The translations under genes were made by a program, and so were the position numbers. Below are positions 28,168 through 36,717 of a stretch of 64,000 bases of DNA, one piece after another (position 1 is the stretch's first letter; every line of letters starts with the position of its first letter). Under the pieces are notes generated by a model. That model did not search any database. It worked only from the letters and a program-made list of their open reading frames with translations, and was not told the DNA's origin. This DNA is from Candidatus Eiseniibacteriota bacterium (GTDB lineage: Bacteria > Eisenbacteria > RBG-16-71-46 > CAIMUX01 > VGJL01), in contig JAXDAY010000028.1 in NCBI GenBank assembly GCA_034679345.1, positions 232,665 to 296,664 on the forward strand. The letters are read 5' to 3'.

Positions 28168-28797
28168 CTAGCGCTTCTTCGCCGAACGCCGGGCCAGCCG
28201 CCGGACTCCGAAAGCCGCGCCGACGAGTATGATCCCGGCGACCGCCACAATGGGCATCGCAGTCGCGGTCGCCGGCAACTCCTCCTGCGCTTCCGCCACT
28301 CCCGGCGCCCCCTGCGATTCGGTTCCGGGCGCCATCGAGGCCAGATCCCTCGCCGACCCTTGCGCGACCGGCGCGAACCCGGTGGCGGGAAGAGACATCG
28401 CATACGCTTGGCGGGCCTGCTCTTCCTCGCTCATCCGTTGCGAGAGATTCAAGGTCTGGACCGCCTTCGCGAGATCCGTGCCTCCCTCGATCCTGTCGTA
28501 GCGCACCCGGACCGGATCGCCCGGGAGCATCGCGGCTCCATAGGAGTTCAGAGGATCCAGCGCGAAGACGCGGGACCGGCCGTCGGGGTCGGTGATCTCC
28601 AGCCTGTTCGCCCTCGAGCTCACGACCGTCCCGATCGCGGACTGATCCCCCGAGATGGACAAGCTGCTGCCCGGGGCGACGGCGTTCGAGGAAGATTGGG
28701 ACTCCACCTGCGCGGCCGTTCCCGAGGGAGCGCAAAGCGTCAGACTCAACGACAACAGACAGATCGTGCACAAAGTGGACAGCCTTACGGAAGGCAT
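28168..28797 (-). CDS. Secreted sortase-substrate candidate (paralog; LPATAT + TM + basic tail)
   Basis: Signal peptide MPSVRLSTLCTICLLSLSLTLCAP. Conserved small domain (GDPVRVRYDRIEGG). Internal LPATG. C-terminus ELPATATAMPIVAVAGIILVGAAFGVRRLARRSAKKR. Confidence 0.65.
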   Translation of the reverse strand: MPSVRLSTLCTICLLSLSLTLCAPSGTAAQVESQSSSNAVAPGSSLSISGDQSAIGTVVSSRANRLEITDPDGRSRVFALDPLNSYGAAMLPGDPVRVRYDRIEGGTDLAKAVQTLNLSQRMSEEEQARQAYAMSLPATGFAPVAQGSARDLASMAPGTESQGAPGVAEAQEELPATATAMPIVAVAGIILVGAAFGVRRLARRSAKKR

Positions 28798-29269
28798 CGA
28801 ACACCTCCTTCCAATGCTTGTGCGGCGGCCCTATTGCGCAGCCAACCCGATCGAAGACCCAGGTTCGTGCCGGACCGGAGCCTCAGGCTCGACTTTCGAA
28901 ATGTCTCCGTGGCGCAAGCGGTTAGGAGGATTTCATGGATGGGGCCGCCGTGACGGATGACGGGCGGTATCTGCAATTGCTGCCGTCTTCTGTCGGGATT
29001 GCAGGAGGGCTCGGCTGCCGAAGGGCGGGAGGTGAGGTCTCACGGGCCTGCGAATCCAGAGACCCAGACCAAACGCTTCGAACTCAAGCTGCCCCCCCCG
29101 TCTTGTCGATCCATCCGGTACGGAGCGACCGCGGGTGGGAACTGCCGGGGCCCGTCCCTTCCTGGATGCGGCTTCGAAGCGGGATCCCCATGGAGCGCAA
29201 CCCGATCGGGTCCGGGACGGCCGGACGGAACCGATCAAATGCCGGGACCGGCCTGGGAGACGGACGCAA

Positions 29270-30444
29270 TGTACCGATGGCTTCTGGTTCTACTCGCCCT
29301 CGCCGTTGCGGCGATGCCGGCTTCGGCCGCGCGCAACGCCAACGGCGCGATGGTCGTGCATACAGACAATGCGATCGTTTACACGAACATGGACTACTGC
29401 CCCCACCCAGTCCCGAGCGTCTGCACCGATCTCGTGACGAACTGCACGAAGCTGGTGGAGGAGGAAGAGGCGGTGATCTTCTTCCTCGCCGCCTTTGCCC
29501 CCAGCTCGAGTCCGGGCGTGACGACAATCCAGTTCGGCGTCGAGCACAACCTGCCGAGCGCTGACTACTTCAGCGCGTACAGCGCGTGCGGACCGGACCC
29601 GCTCGAGTTGCCGGACGGCGGATGGCCGTTCGCCGGCGGGAACCCTGAGGTTCCTGGGCAGAGCGGCAACCTCGTCGCTTACAGTGGCCCGGTCTACAGC
29701 CAGTTGTTCCCGTTCTACTGGTTCGCCGCGATCGGCAGCCTGCCGAACACCTACGTTGGCAGCCGCACCTACCCGGCCACGGACGAGGCGAAGTTCGTCG
29801 ACGACGGCAACCCGCCGATCGAGGATCTTTGCACCCTGTTCGGCCGCGTCAACTGGGGCGCGCCCGGCTACAACGACTGCCCGGTCGACCCGCCTCCCCC
29901 GACGGGAGCCTGCTGCTTCGAGGACGGGACCTGCGTCGAGCTCCGCATCGACATCTGCCTTGAGCAGGGCGGCGGCTACCTTGGTGACGGCTCGGTTTGC
30001 GATCCGCAGCCCTGTCCGCAGCCGGAGGCCTGCTGCCTCGACGATGGCTCCTGCGTGATGCTCCTGGCGGATATCTGCCTCTATGTGCAGCATGGGACGC
30101 CGATGGGCATCGGGTCCGATTGCGATCCGAATCCGTGCGGACTGCCGTCACAGGCCTGCTGCTTCGCGGACGGAACGTGCCTCGATCTCACTCCCGAGGC
30201 TTGCCTCGAGCAAGACGGCACCGCGATGGGAGAGGGCTCGATTTGCGAGCAGACGGAGTGCCCGCAGCCCCCGCCGACCGGCGCCTGCTGCCTGAGCGGC
30301 AACGAGTGCGTGGTCCTCACGGCGCCGGAGTGCGACGAACAGGGAGGCATCTACATGGGGGACGGTCAGCCCTGCGACCCGAACCCCTGCGGCATCCCCA
30401 CGGAGAAATCGTCCTGGGGCCGTATCCGCGCGATCTACCGGTAG
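29270..30444 (+). CDS. Secreted Cys-rich protein with four tandem ~41-aa six-cysteine modules and C-terminal PTEKSSWGRIRAIYR tail
   Basis: Signal peptide MYRWLLVLLALAVAAMPASAA. Repeats follow ACC[FL]xDG[ST]C-x8-C-x13-C-x4-C. The upstream part of the track ORF from 28957 lacks any signal or RBS logic. Confidence 0.65.
29908..30405 (+). repeat. Four tandem 120-129-bp coding repeats (Cys-rich 40-43-aa modules)
   Basis: GCCTGCTGC(T/C)TCG...GACGG recurs at 29908, 30028, 30154 and 30283. Each encodes ACC[FL]xDG[ST]C...C...C..PC. Confidence 0.7.
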
Positions 30445-30528
30445 ACCGGAAACCGCGTTCACGCGTCGATCACAGTTGAGAAGTCCGTCCCGACCCGGGG
30501 CGGGCTTCTCCGCTTCGGGGAGCTGGGA

Positions 30529-31362
30529 TCAGATCCGACGCGCGCGCAACGCCCGCCGTTCCCTCACCGGGGGGGACTCCGCCGGGAATCCGATCGGAGT
30601 GATCGTCACCAGGTAGTGGCTCTCCGGGACTCCGAGAAGCGCCTTCGCTTCAGGCCGGTCGAGCCCGCCGATCCAGCAGGTGCCGAGCCCGTGCGCCCAT
30701 GCCGCGAGCATCAGGTGGTACATCGCGATGCATCCATCCTCGATGGGACGCGGGGAGACCGCGGGATCGCTGGAGATGGCGATCGCCGCGGGGGCCTGGC
30801 GGATCGGCGCCGAGCTGTCTCCACGCAGGAGCGCGAGTCTCGCAATGAGATCGCGATCTCGCACGATCGTGTACGTGCAGGGCTGGCTGTTGCGGGCCGA
30901 CGGGGCGAGCCGGCAGTTCTCCATGATGGAGTGGAGAACCTCATCCGGCACGGCCTCGTCCCGGTAGGCCCGGATGCTGCGGCGCGTCGCGAGCATCTCG
31001 AGGCCTCCCGCGTGCGGTGGAATCGGGTGCTCGAAGGACTGGAACTCGACGCGCCGTCCATCCGGGTCCTTCGTGAAGAAGTGGTAGATCCGGTATTTCT
31101 CCTCCAGGCGCGGCGGGGCGTCCGCCTCCCCTCCAAATCGCGCGTAGGCCGCGTCGACGCCCGCGCGCGCCGGGGAGAAGATCGTGACGAGGCCGCCCGT
31201 GTCCGAGTCTTCGCGGCTGCAGAATCCCACAAGGAGATTGCCGTGCGCGAGGATCACGCAGTCGGCCTGTTCAAGCCAGACCGACATCCCGACGCGCGAG
31301 ACGTAGAAGTCCCGGACCGCGTCCAACCTGCGAGTCCCCCAGAACACGATCCCCGACATCAC
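30529..31362 (-). CDS. Fusion protein: VOC/glyoxalase-like domain + nitroreductase-family domain
   Basis: N-terminal VOC-like ~110 aa. C-terminal nitroreductase fold (LATRRSIRAYRDEAVPDEVLHSIMENCRLAPSARNSQP). Confidence 0.6.
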   Translation of the reverse strand: MMSGIVFWGTRRLDAVRDFYVSRVGMSVWLEQADCVILAHGNLLVGFCSREDSDTGGLVTIFSPARAGVDAAYARFGGEADAPPRLEEKYRIYHFFTKDPDGRRVEFQSFEHPIPPHAGGLEMLATRRSIRAYRDEAVPDEVLHSIMENCRLAPSARNSQPCTYTIVRDRDLIARLALLRGDSSAPIRQAPAAIAISSDPAVSPRPIEDGCIAMYHLMLAAWAHGLGTCWIGGLDRPEAKALLGVPESHYLVTITPIGFPAESPPVRERRALRARRI

Positions 31363-31556
31363 TCCTCCCCTTCTCCGCCGGAAGCATCATCCTGCGGCGG
31401 CCTGGCGACCTTCCACCGATCCGACTCGACGAGCGCCTTCCTGAGCAGAAACTCGATCTGGCCGTTGAGGCTGCGGAGCTCGTCGTCCGCCCACCGGTGC
31501 AACGCGGCGTAGAGCGCCGGGTCGATCCGCAGGAGGAAGGACTTCCGCTCCGCCAT
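31359..31556 (-). CDS. Ribbon-helix-helix (Arc/MetJ-type) DNA-binding protein
   Basis: 65 aa. SFLLRIDPALYAALHRWADDELRSLNGQIEFLLRKAL fits the Arc-like RHH pattern. Its stop overlaps the downstream gene start by 4 nt. Confidence 0.5.
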   Translation of the reverse strand: MAERKSFLLRIDPALYAALHRWADDELRSLNGQIEFLLRKALVESDRWKVARPPQDDASGGEGEE

Positions 31557-31565
31557 CGATCCCGC

Positions 31566-32435
31566 CTAGTTGTAGAGCGTGCCCGTGTTCACGACGGGCT
31601 GGGTATGCCGATCGCTGCAGAGCACGACGAGGAGGTTCGAGACCATCGCGGCCTTGCGCTCTTCGTCGAGTTGGACGACCTGCTTGCGTGAGAGCATCTC
31701 GAGGGCCATTTCCACCATTCCAACGGCGCCCTCGACGATCTTCTGCCGCGCGGCGATGATCGCGCTGGCCTGCTGGCGCTGGAGCATCGCGCTGGCGATC
31801 TCCGGGGCGTAGGCCAGATGGCTGATCCGCGCCTCGATCACCTCGACGCCGGCTTTCGTCAAACGCGCCTGGATCTCGTGCTTCAGCTCCTCGGCGACCT
31901 CGTGGGTGTGGCTTCGAAGCGCCACATCCCCTTCCACGTGCTGGTCGTACGGGTGGGTCGTCGCCAGATTGCGCACGGCGGCTTCGCTCTGGACATGGAC
32001 GAAGTTCTCGTAGTTGTCCACCTCGAAGATCGCCTCGGCGGTGTCGACGACGCGCCAGACGATGACCGCCGCGATCTCGATCGGGTTGCCGTCGTGGTCG
32101 TTCACCTTAAGCTTGGCGCTCTCGAAGTTCCGCACGCGGACAGAGACCTTGCGCTTGGTCGAGAACGGATTGACGTAGCGCAGCCCCGGCGTGCGGACGG
32201 TCCCCGTGTACGTTCCGAATAGCTGGATCACCCGCGCCTCGTTCGGATTGACCACGAAGATGCCGCCGAGGCCGATGTAGCCGGTCACCATGAGCAATAG
32301 CGCGATGCCGAAGGGGAGCCAGGCGCGATCGACGATCGAGTGGATCATCCAATACGTAGTCGCGAGGATGCAGACGATCAGTAGAGTGAGCATTCCGTAA
32401 CCGGAGAGATGCTTGGCCGGATGTTCCTGAATCAT
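31566..32435 (-). CDS. SPFH / band-7 (stomatin-prohibitin) family membrane protein
   Basis: N-terminal TM then an SPFH core ([31 protein letters not shown]...). Confidence 0.75.
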   Translation of the reverse strand: MIQEHPAKHLSGYGMLTLLIVCILATTYWMIHSIVDRAWLPFGIALLLMVTGYIGLGGIFVVNPNEARVIQLFGTYTGTVRTPGLRYVNPFSTKRKVSVRVRNFESAKLKVNDHDGNPIEIAAVIVWRVVDTAEAIFEVDNYENFVHVQSEAAVRNLATTHPYDQHVEGDVALRSHTHEVAEELKHEIQARLTKAGVEVIEARISHLAYAPEIASAMLQRQQASAIIAARQKIVEGAVGMVEMALEMLSRKQVVQLDEERKAAMVSNLLVVLCSDRHTQPVVNTGTLYN

Positions 32436-32522
32436 GGTTTGACCTCCAATCGATATCAGTATGATATCATTTCACTATCACGAGTTCAAGAAAAATCATC
32501 CAACTGCTTCATATCCAGCGAC

Positions 32523-33164
32523 TTACGACGCCCCGCCCCCGATCAGGAAGATCGCTCCGAGCAGGAGATAGGTGCCCAAGATCCCTGCGGACAAGACGGC
32601 GCCCGGCCGCCCATGGAGCATCCCGATCGCGTAGAAGGAGTGATGATGGCCGCTCTCCGTCGTACGGCCGGACTCGCGCAGGTCGTAGGGCAGCACGTGC
32701 CAGATGAGCCCGATCGAGGCGACGTCCCGATGAACCAGCGATCCCCGGAGCTGCACGCCCCGCCCGAAGAGCCCGCGCTCTTCCTCCTCCGAGCTGGCGA
32801 GTAGACCCGCCATGCCCTGCACCGCCCACCGCGCGCCGATGCCGTGCGTGATCCGCACGCCCCCCCCGAATCGAGCTTCTTCCTGCCCTGGAGCGAAGAA
32901 GACCGCCAGTCCCAGACTCCGCGTCGGGGCCTCGGAAGAGCGATCCCGTCGCAGCTCGACTCCCCCCTCGGTGTAGAGCCGGAAGTGGGTGGCTCGATAC
33001 GTGGACAGCCGCGTCTCGCCCCCCGCCAGAACGCCGGATTCGAGGAAGGGGCGCAGGCGACGGGGCGACTCCGACGGCGGGTCGGTCGGAGCGGAGCCGC
33101 ACCGACCGGGGATCGCAAGGGACAGCAGAAGCGATATCGCGAGCGGCAGGATCCTTTGAATCAT
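32523..33164 (-). CDS. Hypothetical secreted protein
   Basis: Signal peptide MIQRILPLAISLLLSLAIPG. Purine-rich RBS. Sits between the HAD and SPFH genes on the same strand. No recognisable family. Confidence 0.35.
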   Translation of the reverse strand: MIQRILPLAISLLLSLAIPGRCGSAPTDPPSESPRRLRPFLESGVLAGGETRLSTYRATHFRLYTEGGVELRRDRSSEAPTRSLGLAVFFAPGQEEARFGGGVRITHGIGARWAVQGMAGLLASSEEEERGLFGRGVQLRGSLVHRDVASIGLIWHVLPYDLRESGRTTESGHHHSFYAIGMLHGRPGAVLSAGILGTYLLLGAIFLIGGGAS

Positions 33165-33194
33165 CTCGCACCCCCGGTGAGACAGAACCGCCGC

Positions 33195-33890
33195 TCAGTC
33201 GTCGCGCCCCTCGCGCGCGCTCCGGCCATCGTGACCGGGGAAGTACGGAAGGATCAACCCCAGGTTCGATCCCCGAATCGACACGTCGCAGACCTCGATC
33301 ATCTCGGGGCACTTGGGATTGAATGCGATGGCGAATCCGGCCGCCCGAGCCACGTCGAGGTCGTTGATCGCATCGCCGACGAAGGCGCAACGTTCCAAGG
33401 GGATTCCTTCGCGCGCGGCGATGTCGCGCAGCGCCCTCGCCTTGCCGTCGACGTCATAGGGAGTCGCCTTCCAGCCCGAGAGCCGGTCGGCTTCGTCGAA
33501 GTAGATCCGATTCACGAAGACATCGTCAAAGGGGTGTTCGGGAAGCAGCGTGTCCAGGACGATATCGAGCGTGCCCGAGATGATCGCGAGCTTGTAGCCG
33601 CGGCGCTTGAGCTCCCCAAGGGTCTCGTGCGTCCCGTCGATGAGTTTCAGCTCGCCGATCGCCTCGAGGATCTGATCGCGCGTCGCGGCCGCCCGAATCC
33701 AGTCCTCGACATCGAGCGCGACCCACTCGGCATAGTCGATCCGTCCCTCCCGGTAGTCGACGTAACGCGTCAGGTTTGCCTCGTCGGTCCCGGTGAAGCG
33801 AATGTTCAGGATCTCCCAGACGATCTTGCCCCGGGGATGGACGACCAGGGTGCCGTCCACGTCGAAGCAGATCAGATCGCAGGGGCGCAT
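33195..33890 (-). CDS. HAD-superfamily hydrolase, subfamily IB (phosphoserine phosphatase-like)
   Basis: Motif I DLICFDVDGTLV, motif II ISGT, motif IV GDAINDLDVARAAG. Start at MRPCDL (33890). Confidence 0.75.
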   Translation of the reverse strand: MRPCDLICFDVDGTLVVHPRGKIVWEILNIRFTGTDEANLTRYVDYREGRIDYAEWVALDVEDWIRAAATRDQILEAIGELKLIDGTHETLGELKRRGYKLAIISGTLDIVLDTLLPEHPFDDVFVNRIYFDEADRLSGWKATPYDVDGKARALRDIAAREGIPLERCAFVGDAINDLDVARAAGFAIAFNPKCPEMIEVCDVSIRGSNLGLILPYFPGHDGRSAREGRDD

Positions 33891-34049
33891 TGTTTCCCTC
33901 CCGGCGCGAGGATACCTACCCTGGCCGGGGCGCGCACGATCGCTTTGCCTTCTGTGAGCCAGTCCATTGAATCTGCTATACTTATAATGATGCGCTTTCG
34001 CGCCCCGAGGCGGCCGCGGCCGTCGACCCAACACCCGGAGGCACTCAGC

Positions 34050-36668
34050 ATGCTGCGTCCCGCATCCCGCCCGGCAATCCCATTCGTCCTGATCTCGATC
34101 ATCGCCGGAATCGTCTCGGCGTCGGTCGCCGCCGAGCTGCCCCTCTGGGCGCCGGGGGACCCCGATCCGACGATCCCCTTCTCGGATCGTTATCCCGCTG
34201 CGATCCTTGCCGCCACGCGGGACGACGCCCGCGCCATCGTCGAGACGGGAATCGACGTCGAGTCGGTTCGTCCGGTAGACGGGCGGTGGCTCGTCCGGGC
34301 GAACATCGACGCGGCGGAGGAGCGGGATCTCGCGCGATTCGATCGCGAGATCCTCAAGCTGCGCAACCTCACCCTCGAGGCCCGTCGCGATGCGGAGCTG
34401 CGCGGAGAGAGGGCCTGGCCCACCTGGGCCGAATACGAGGGGTGGATGCAGGCGGTCGCGGCGGCGCACCCGGACATCTGCAGGCTCGTCTCCCTCGGGG
34501 CTTCGGTCCAGGGACGAAACCTCTGGTGCCTCAAGATCAGCGACAATCCCGACCTCGAGGAGGATGAGCCGGAGTTCAAGTACTCCTCCTCGATCCACGG
34601 GGATGAGGTCACGGGCATGGAGCTCTGCCGCCGGCTGATCTCCCTGCTCACGGACAGCTACGGAGTCGATCCTACGCTGACGAGCTATGTCGATCAGATG
34701 GAGATCTGGATCTGCCCGATGCACAACCCGGACGGCTTCGTCGCCGTCTCCCGATACAACGCCCATGGAGTCGACTTGAACCGCACCTTCCCCGATCCGG
34801 TGACCGATCCGTACGACGACCCCGCCGGGCGCGAGCCCGAGGTGCAGCACTTCATGTACTTCGGCTACGACCACCGATTCAACCTCTCGGCGAACTACCA
34901 TGGCGGGGCGCTCGTGGTGAACTACCCCTGGGACTGCCAGGCCGCCTACACGCCCGATGACGACATGATCCGGGAGTTCTCTCTCGGCTACGCCGCCTTG
35001 AACCCGCCCATGTACAACAACCCGGAGTTCCCGCAGGGAGTGACGATCGGGTGGGCCTGGTACATCATCCACGGCGGAATGCAGGACTGGTGCTACGAGT
35101 GGCGCTCCGACATCGATGTGACGATCGAGGTTTCCGAGACGAAGTGGCCGAACTGGACCCTGATGGACCAGTTCTGGAACGAGAACCGCGACGCGATGCT
35201 CTATTACATGAGCCGCGCCCTGCTCGGCGTGCGGGGGATCGTGACCGACGCCGAGACCGGGGAGCCCCTCGACGCCACCATCGATGTCGTTCAGATCGGA
35301 AAGACGATCCGCACCGACCCCGATGTCGGCGATTATCACCGATTGCTCCTTCCCGGCACCTATACCTTGCACGCGGAGGCCTTCGGCTATCTCCCGCAGA
35401 CGATCCCAGGGATCGTCGTCGGAAGCGGCGGCGCGACGCGCCGGGACATCCAGATGGTCCCGCTGCCGAGCTATCAGGTGAGCGGCACGGTGACCGATGA
35501 GGAAACGGGCGAGCCCTTGGCGGCGACGATCGAGGCCCGACGCTACGACACGCAGGAGCTCGTCGAGACCGTGGCGGCCAATCCCGTCACGGGCGCCTAC
35601 GCGATGACCCTGCAGACTTACACCTACGATCTCCGGGTCACCGCCGAGGGGCACTCCCCCGTCGTCCGGCAGGTCGTCGTCGACCAGGACCGCGTCGAGG
35701 ACTTCCAGCTCCCATCGAACGCGAATCGGATCCTCGTCGTGCGAGACGGCGCGACGACGCGCATGGCCGACGATCTCGTCTCGCTGGGCTTCACGACGAC
35801 CGTTGAGACCGCAACGGTGACCGACCCGTCGTCCTGGAACGGATACCGGCTGCTTGTCTGGAGCGCCGGGCCGAACGCCGATCCGATCGCCGACGCCGTG
35901 AAGCGTGGAGCCATCGAGGCATACGTCGCCGCGGGCGGCCGGATCCTGATCGAGGGAGGCCAGATCGCATACGACGTCTTCCGCACGCCGGGCTATCCCT
36001 CATTCGGCGAGAACGTCCTGCACTGTTCGCAGTGGGACGTCAGCAACGCCGGGACGATCTCCATCGCGGCCGGAGCGGAGAACCACGCCCTGGTGACGAC
36101 CCCGAACGCCCTGCCGTCGCAGTACGCCATCCAGTACACCGAGGTCGGGGATCAGGACGCCGTGCTCCCGAGAGCCGAGGCGACTCTGATCTACAAGACG
36201 ACGAGCTACCCGAACGACGCCGGGATCGTGGCCTTCGACGATGCCCCCGAGAACCCGGCGATCGGCCAGATCGTCTTCTACGCTTTCAACTACGCGCGAT
36301 TGACCGATCTTGCGAACGCAAAGAGGCTGCTCGAGAACTCGGTGACCTACCTCGACCGGACCGATCCCGCCGCGCTCGACGGCGATCTCGGTCCCGCGCT
36401 CTCCTGGCTCGGACCGGCTTATCCAAACCCCGCGACGGGGATCGTGCGCTTCCGGATCGATCCGGCGGCCGGAGCGGTCCACGCCGAGATCTACGATCCG
36501 CAGGGACGCCGCGTATTCGCAGAGGCCCTCGACGCGGGGATCTCGCCGGTCCTCTCCTGGGACGGACGGACGGACCTCGGGCGCCCGGCGGCGCGCGGGA
36601 TCTACTTCCTCCGCGTCCGCGACGGGCGCAAGAGTGCCGGCGTCCCGTTCCTTTGGCTGAGGCCTTAG
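34050..36668 (+). CDS. Secreted M14 metallocarboxypeptidase with carboxypeptidase-regulatory-like domains and T9SS-type (type A) C-terminal sorting domain
   Basis: Signal peptide. M14 zinc motif region (SSIHGDEVTG...NYHGGALVVNYPWD). Two CarbopepD_reg-like beta-sandwich segments. The last ~80 aa (YPNPATGIVRFRI...AEIYDPQGRRVFAE...SWDGRTDLGRPAARGIYFLRVRDGRKSAGVPFLWLRP) match the Por/T9SS CTD pattern. Confidence 0.75.
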   Translation: MLRPASRPAIPFVLISIIAGIVSASVAAELPLWAPGDPDPTIPFSDRYPAAILAATRDDARAIVETGIDVESVRPVDGRWLVRANIDAAEERDLARFDREILKLRNLTLEARRDAELRGERAWPTWAEYEGWMQAVAAAHPDICRLVSLGASVQGRNLWCLKISDNPDLEEDEPEFKYSSSIHGDEVTGMELCRRLISLLTDSYGVDPTLTSYVDQMEIWICPMHNPDGFVAVSRYNAHGVDLNRTFPDPVTDPYDDPAGREPEVQHFMYFGYDHRFNLSANYHGGALVVNYPWDCQAAYTPDDDMIREFSLGYAALNPPMYNNPEFPQGVTIGWAWYIIHGGMQDWCYEWRSDIDVTIEVSETKWPNWTLMDQFWNENRDAMLYYMSRALLGVRGIVTDAETGEPLDATIDVVQIGKTIRTDPDVGDYHRLLLPGTYTLHAEAFGYLPQTIPGIVVGSGGATRRDIQMVPLPSYQVSGTVTDEETGEPLAATIEARRYDTQELVETVAANPVTGAYAMTLQTYTYDLRVTAEGHSPVVRQVVVDQDRVEDFQLPSNANRILVVRDGATTRMADDLVSLGFTTTVETATVTDPSSWNGYRLLVWSAGPNADPIADAVKRGAIEAYVAAGGRILIEGGQIAYDVFRTPGYPSFGENVLHCSQWDVSNAGTISIAAGAENHALVTTPNALPSQYAIQYTEVGDQDAVLPRAEATLIYKTTSYPNDAGIVAFDDAPENPAIGQIVFYAFNYARLTDLANAKRLLENSVTYLDRTDPAALDGDLGPALSWLGPAYPNPATGIVRFRIDPAAGAVHAEIYDPQGRRVFAEALDAGISPVLSWDGRTDLGRPAARGIYFLRVRDGRKSAGVPFLWLRP

Positions 36669-36717
36669 GCCGACGAGCGCTACGAAAAACGTCCCAGGGG
36701 CTATAGTCTCTGGTGCC

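Noticed and set aside
27704-28804. 366-aa - strand ORF overlapping the 209-aa sortase-substrate gene in another frame
   Set aside because: The 209-aa frame has a signal peptide, a paralog-conserved domain and an LPATAT + TM + basic tail. The longer frame is Arg/Gly-rich with no features.
32844-34049. Upstream 400 aa of the 1274-aa + strand ORF preceding the carboxypeptidase signal peptide
   Set aside because: It runs antisense through the HAD hydrolase and the secreted hypothetical on the - strand and is Arg/Gly-rich. The carboxypeptidase has its own ATG (34050) followed by a signal peptide and a -10-like TATAAT in the 160-bp divergent intergenic region.
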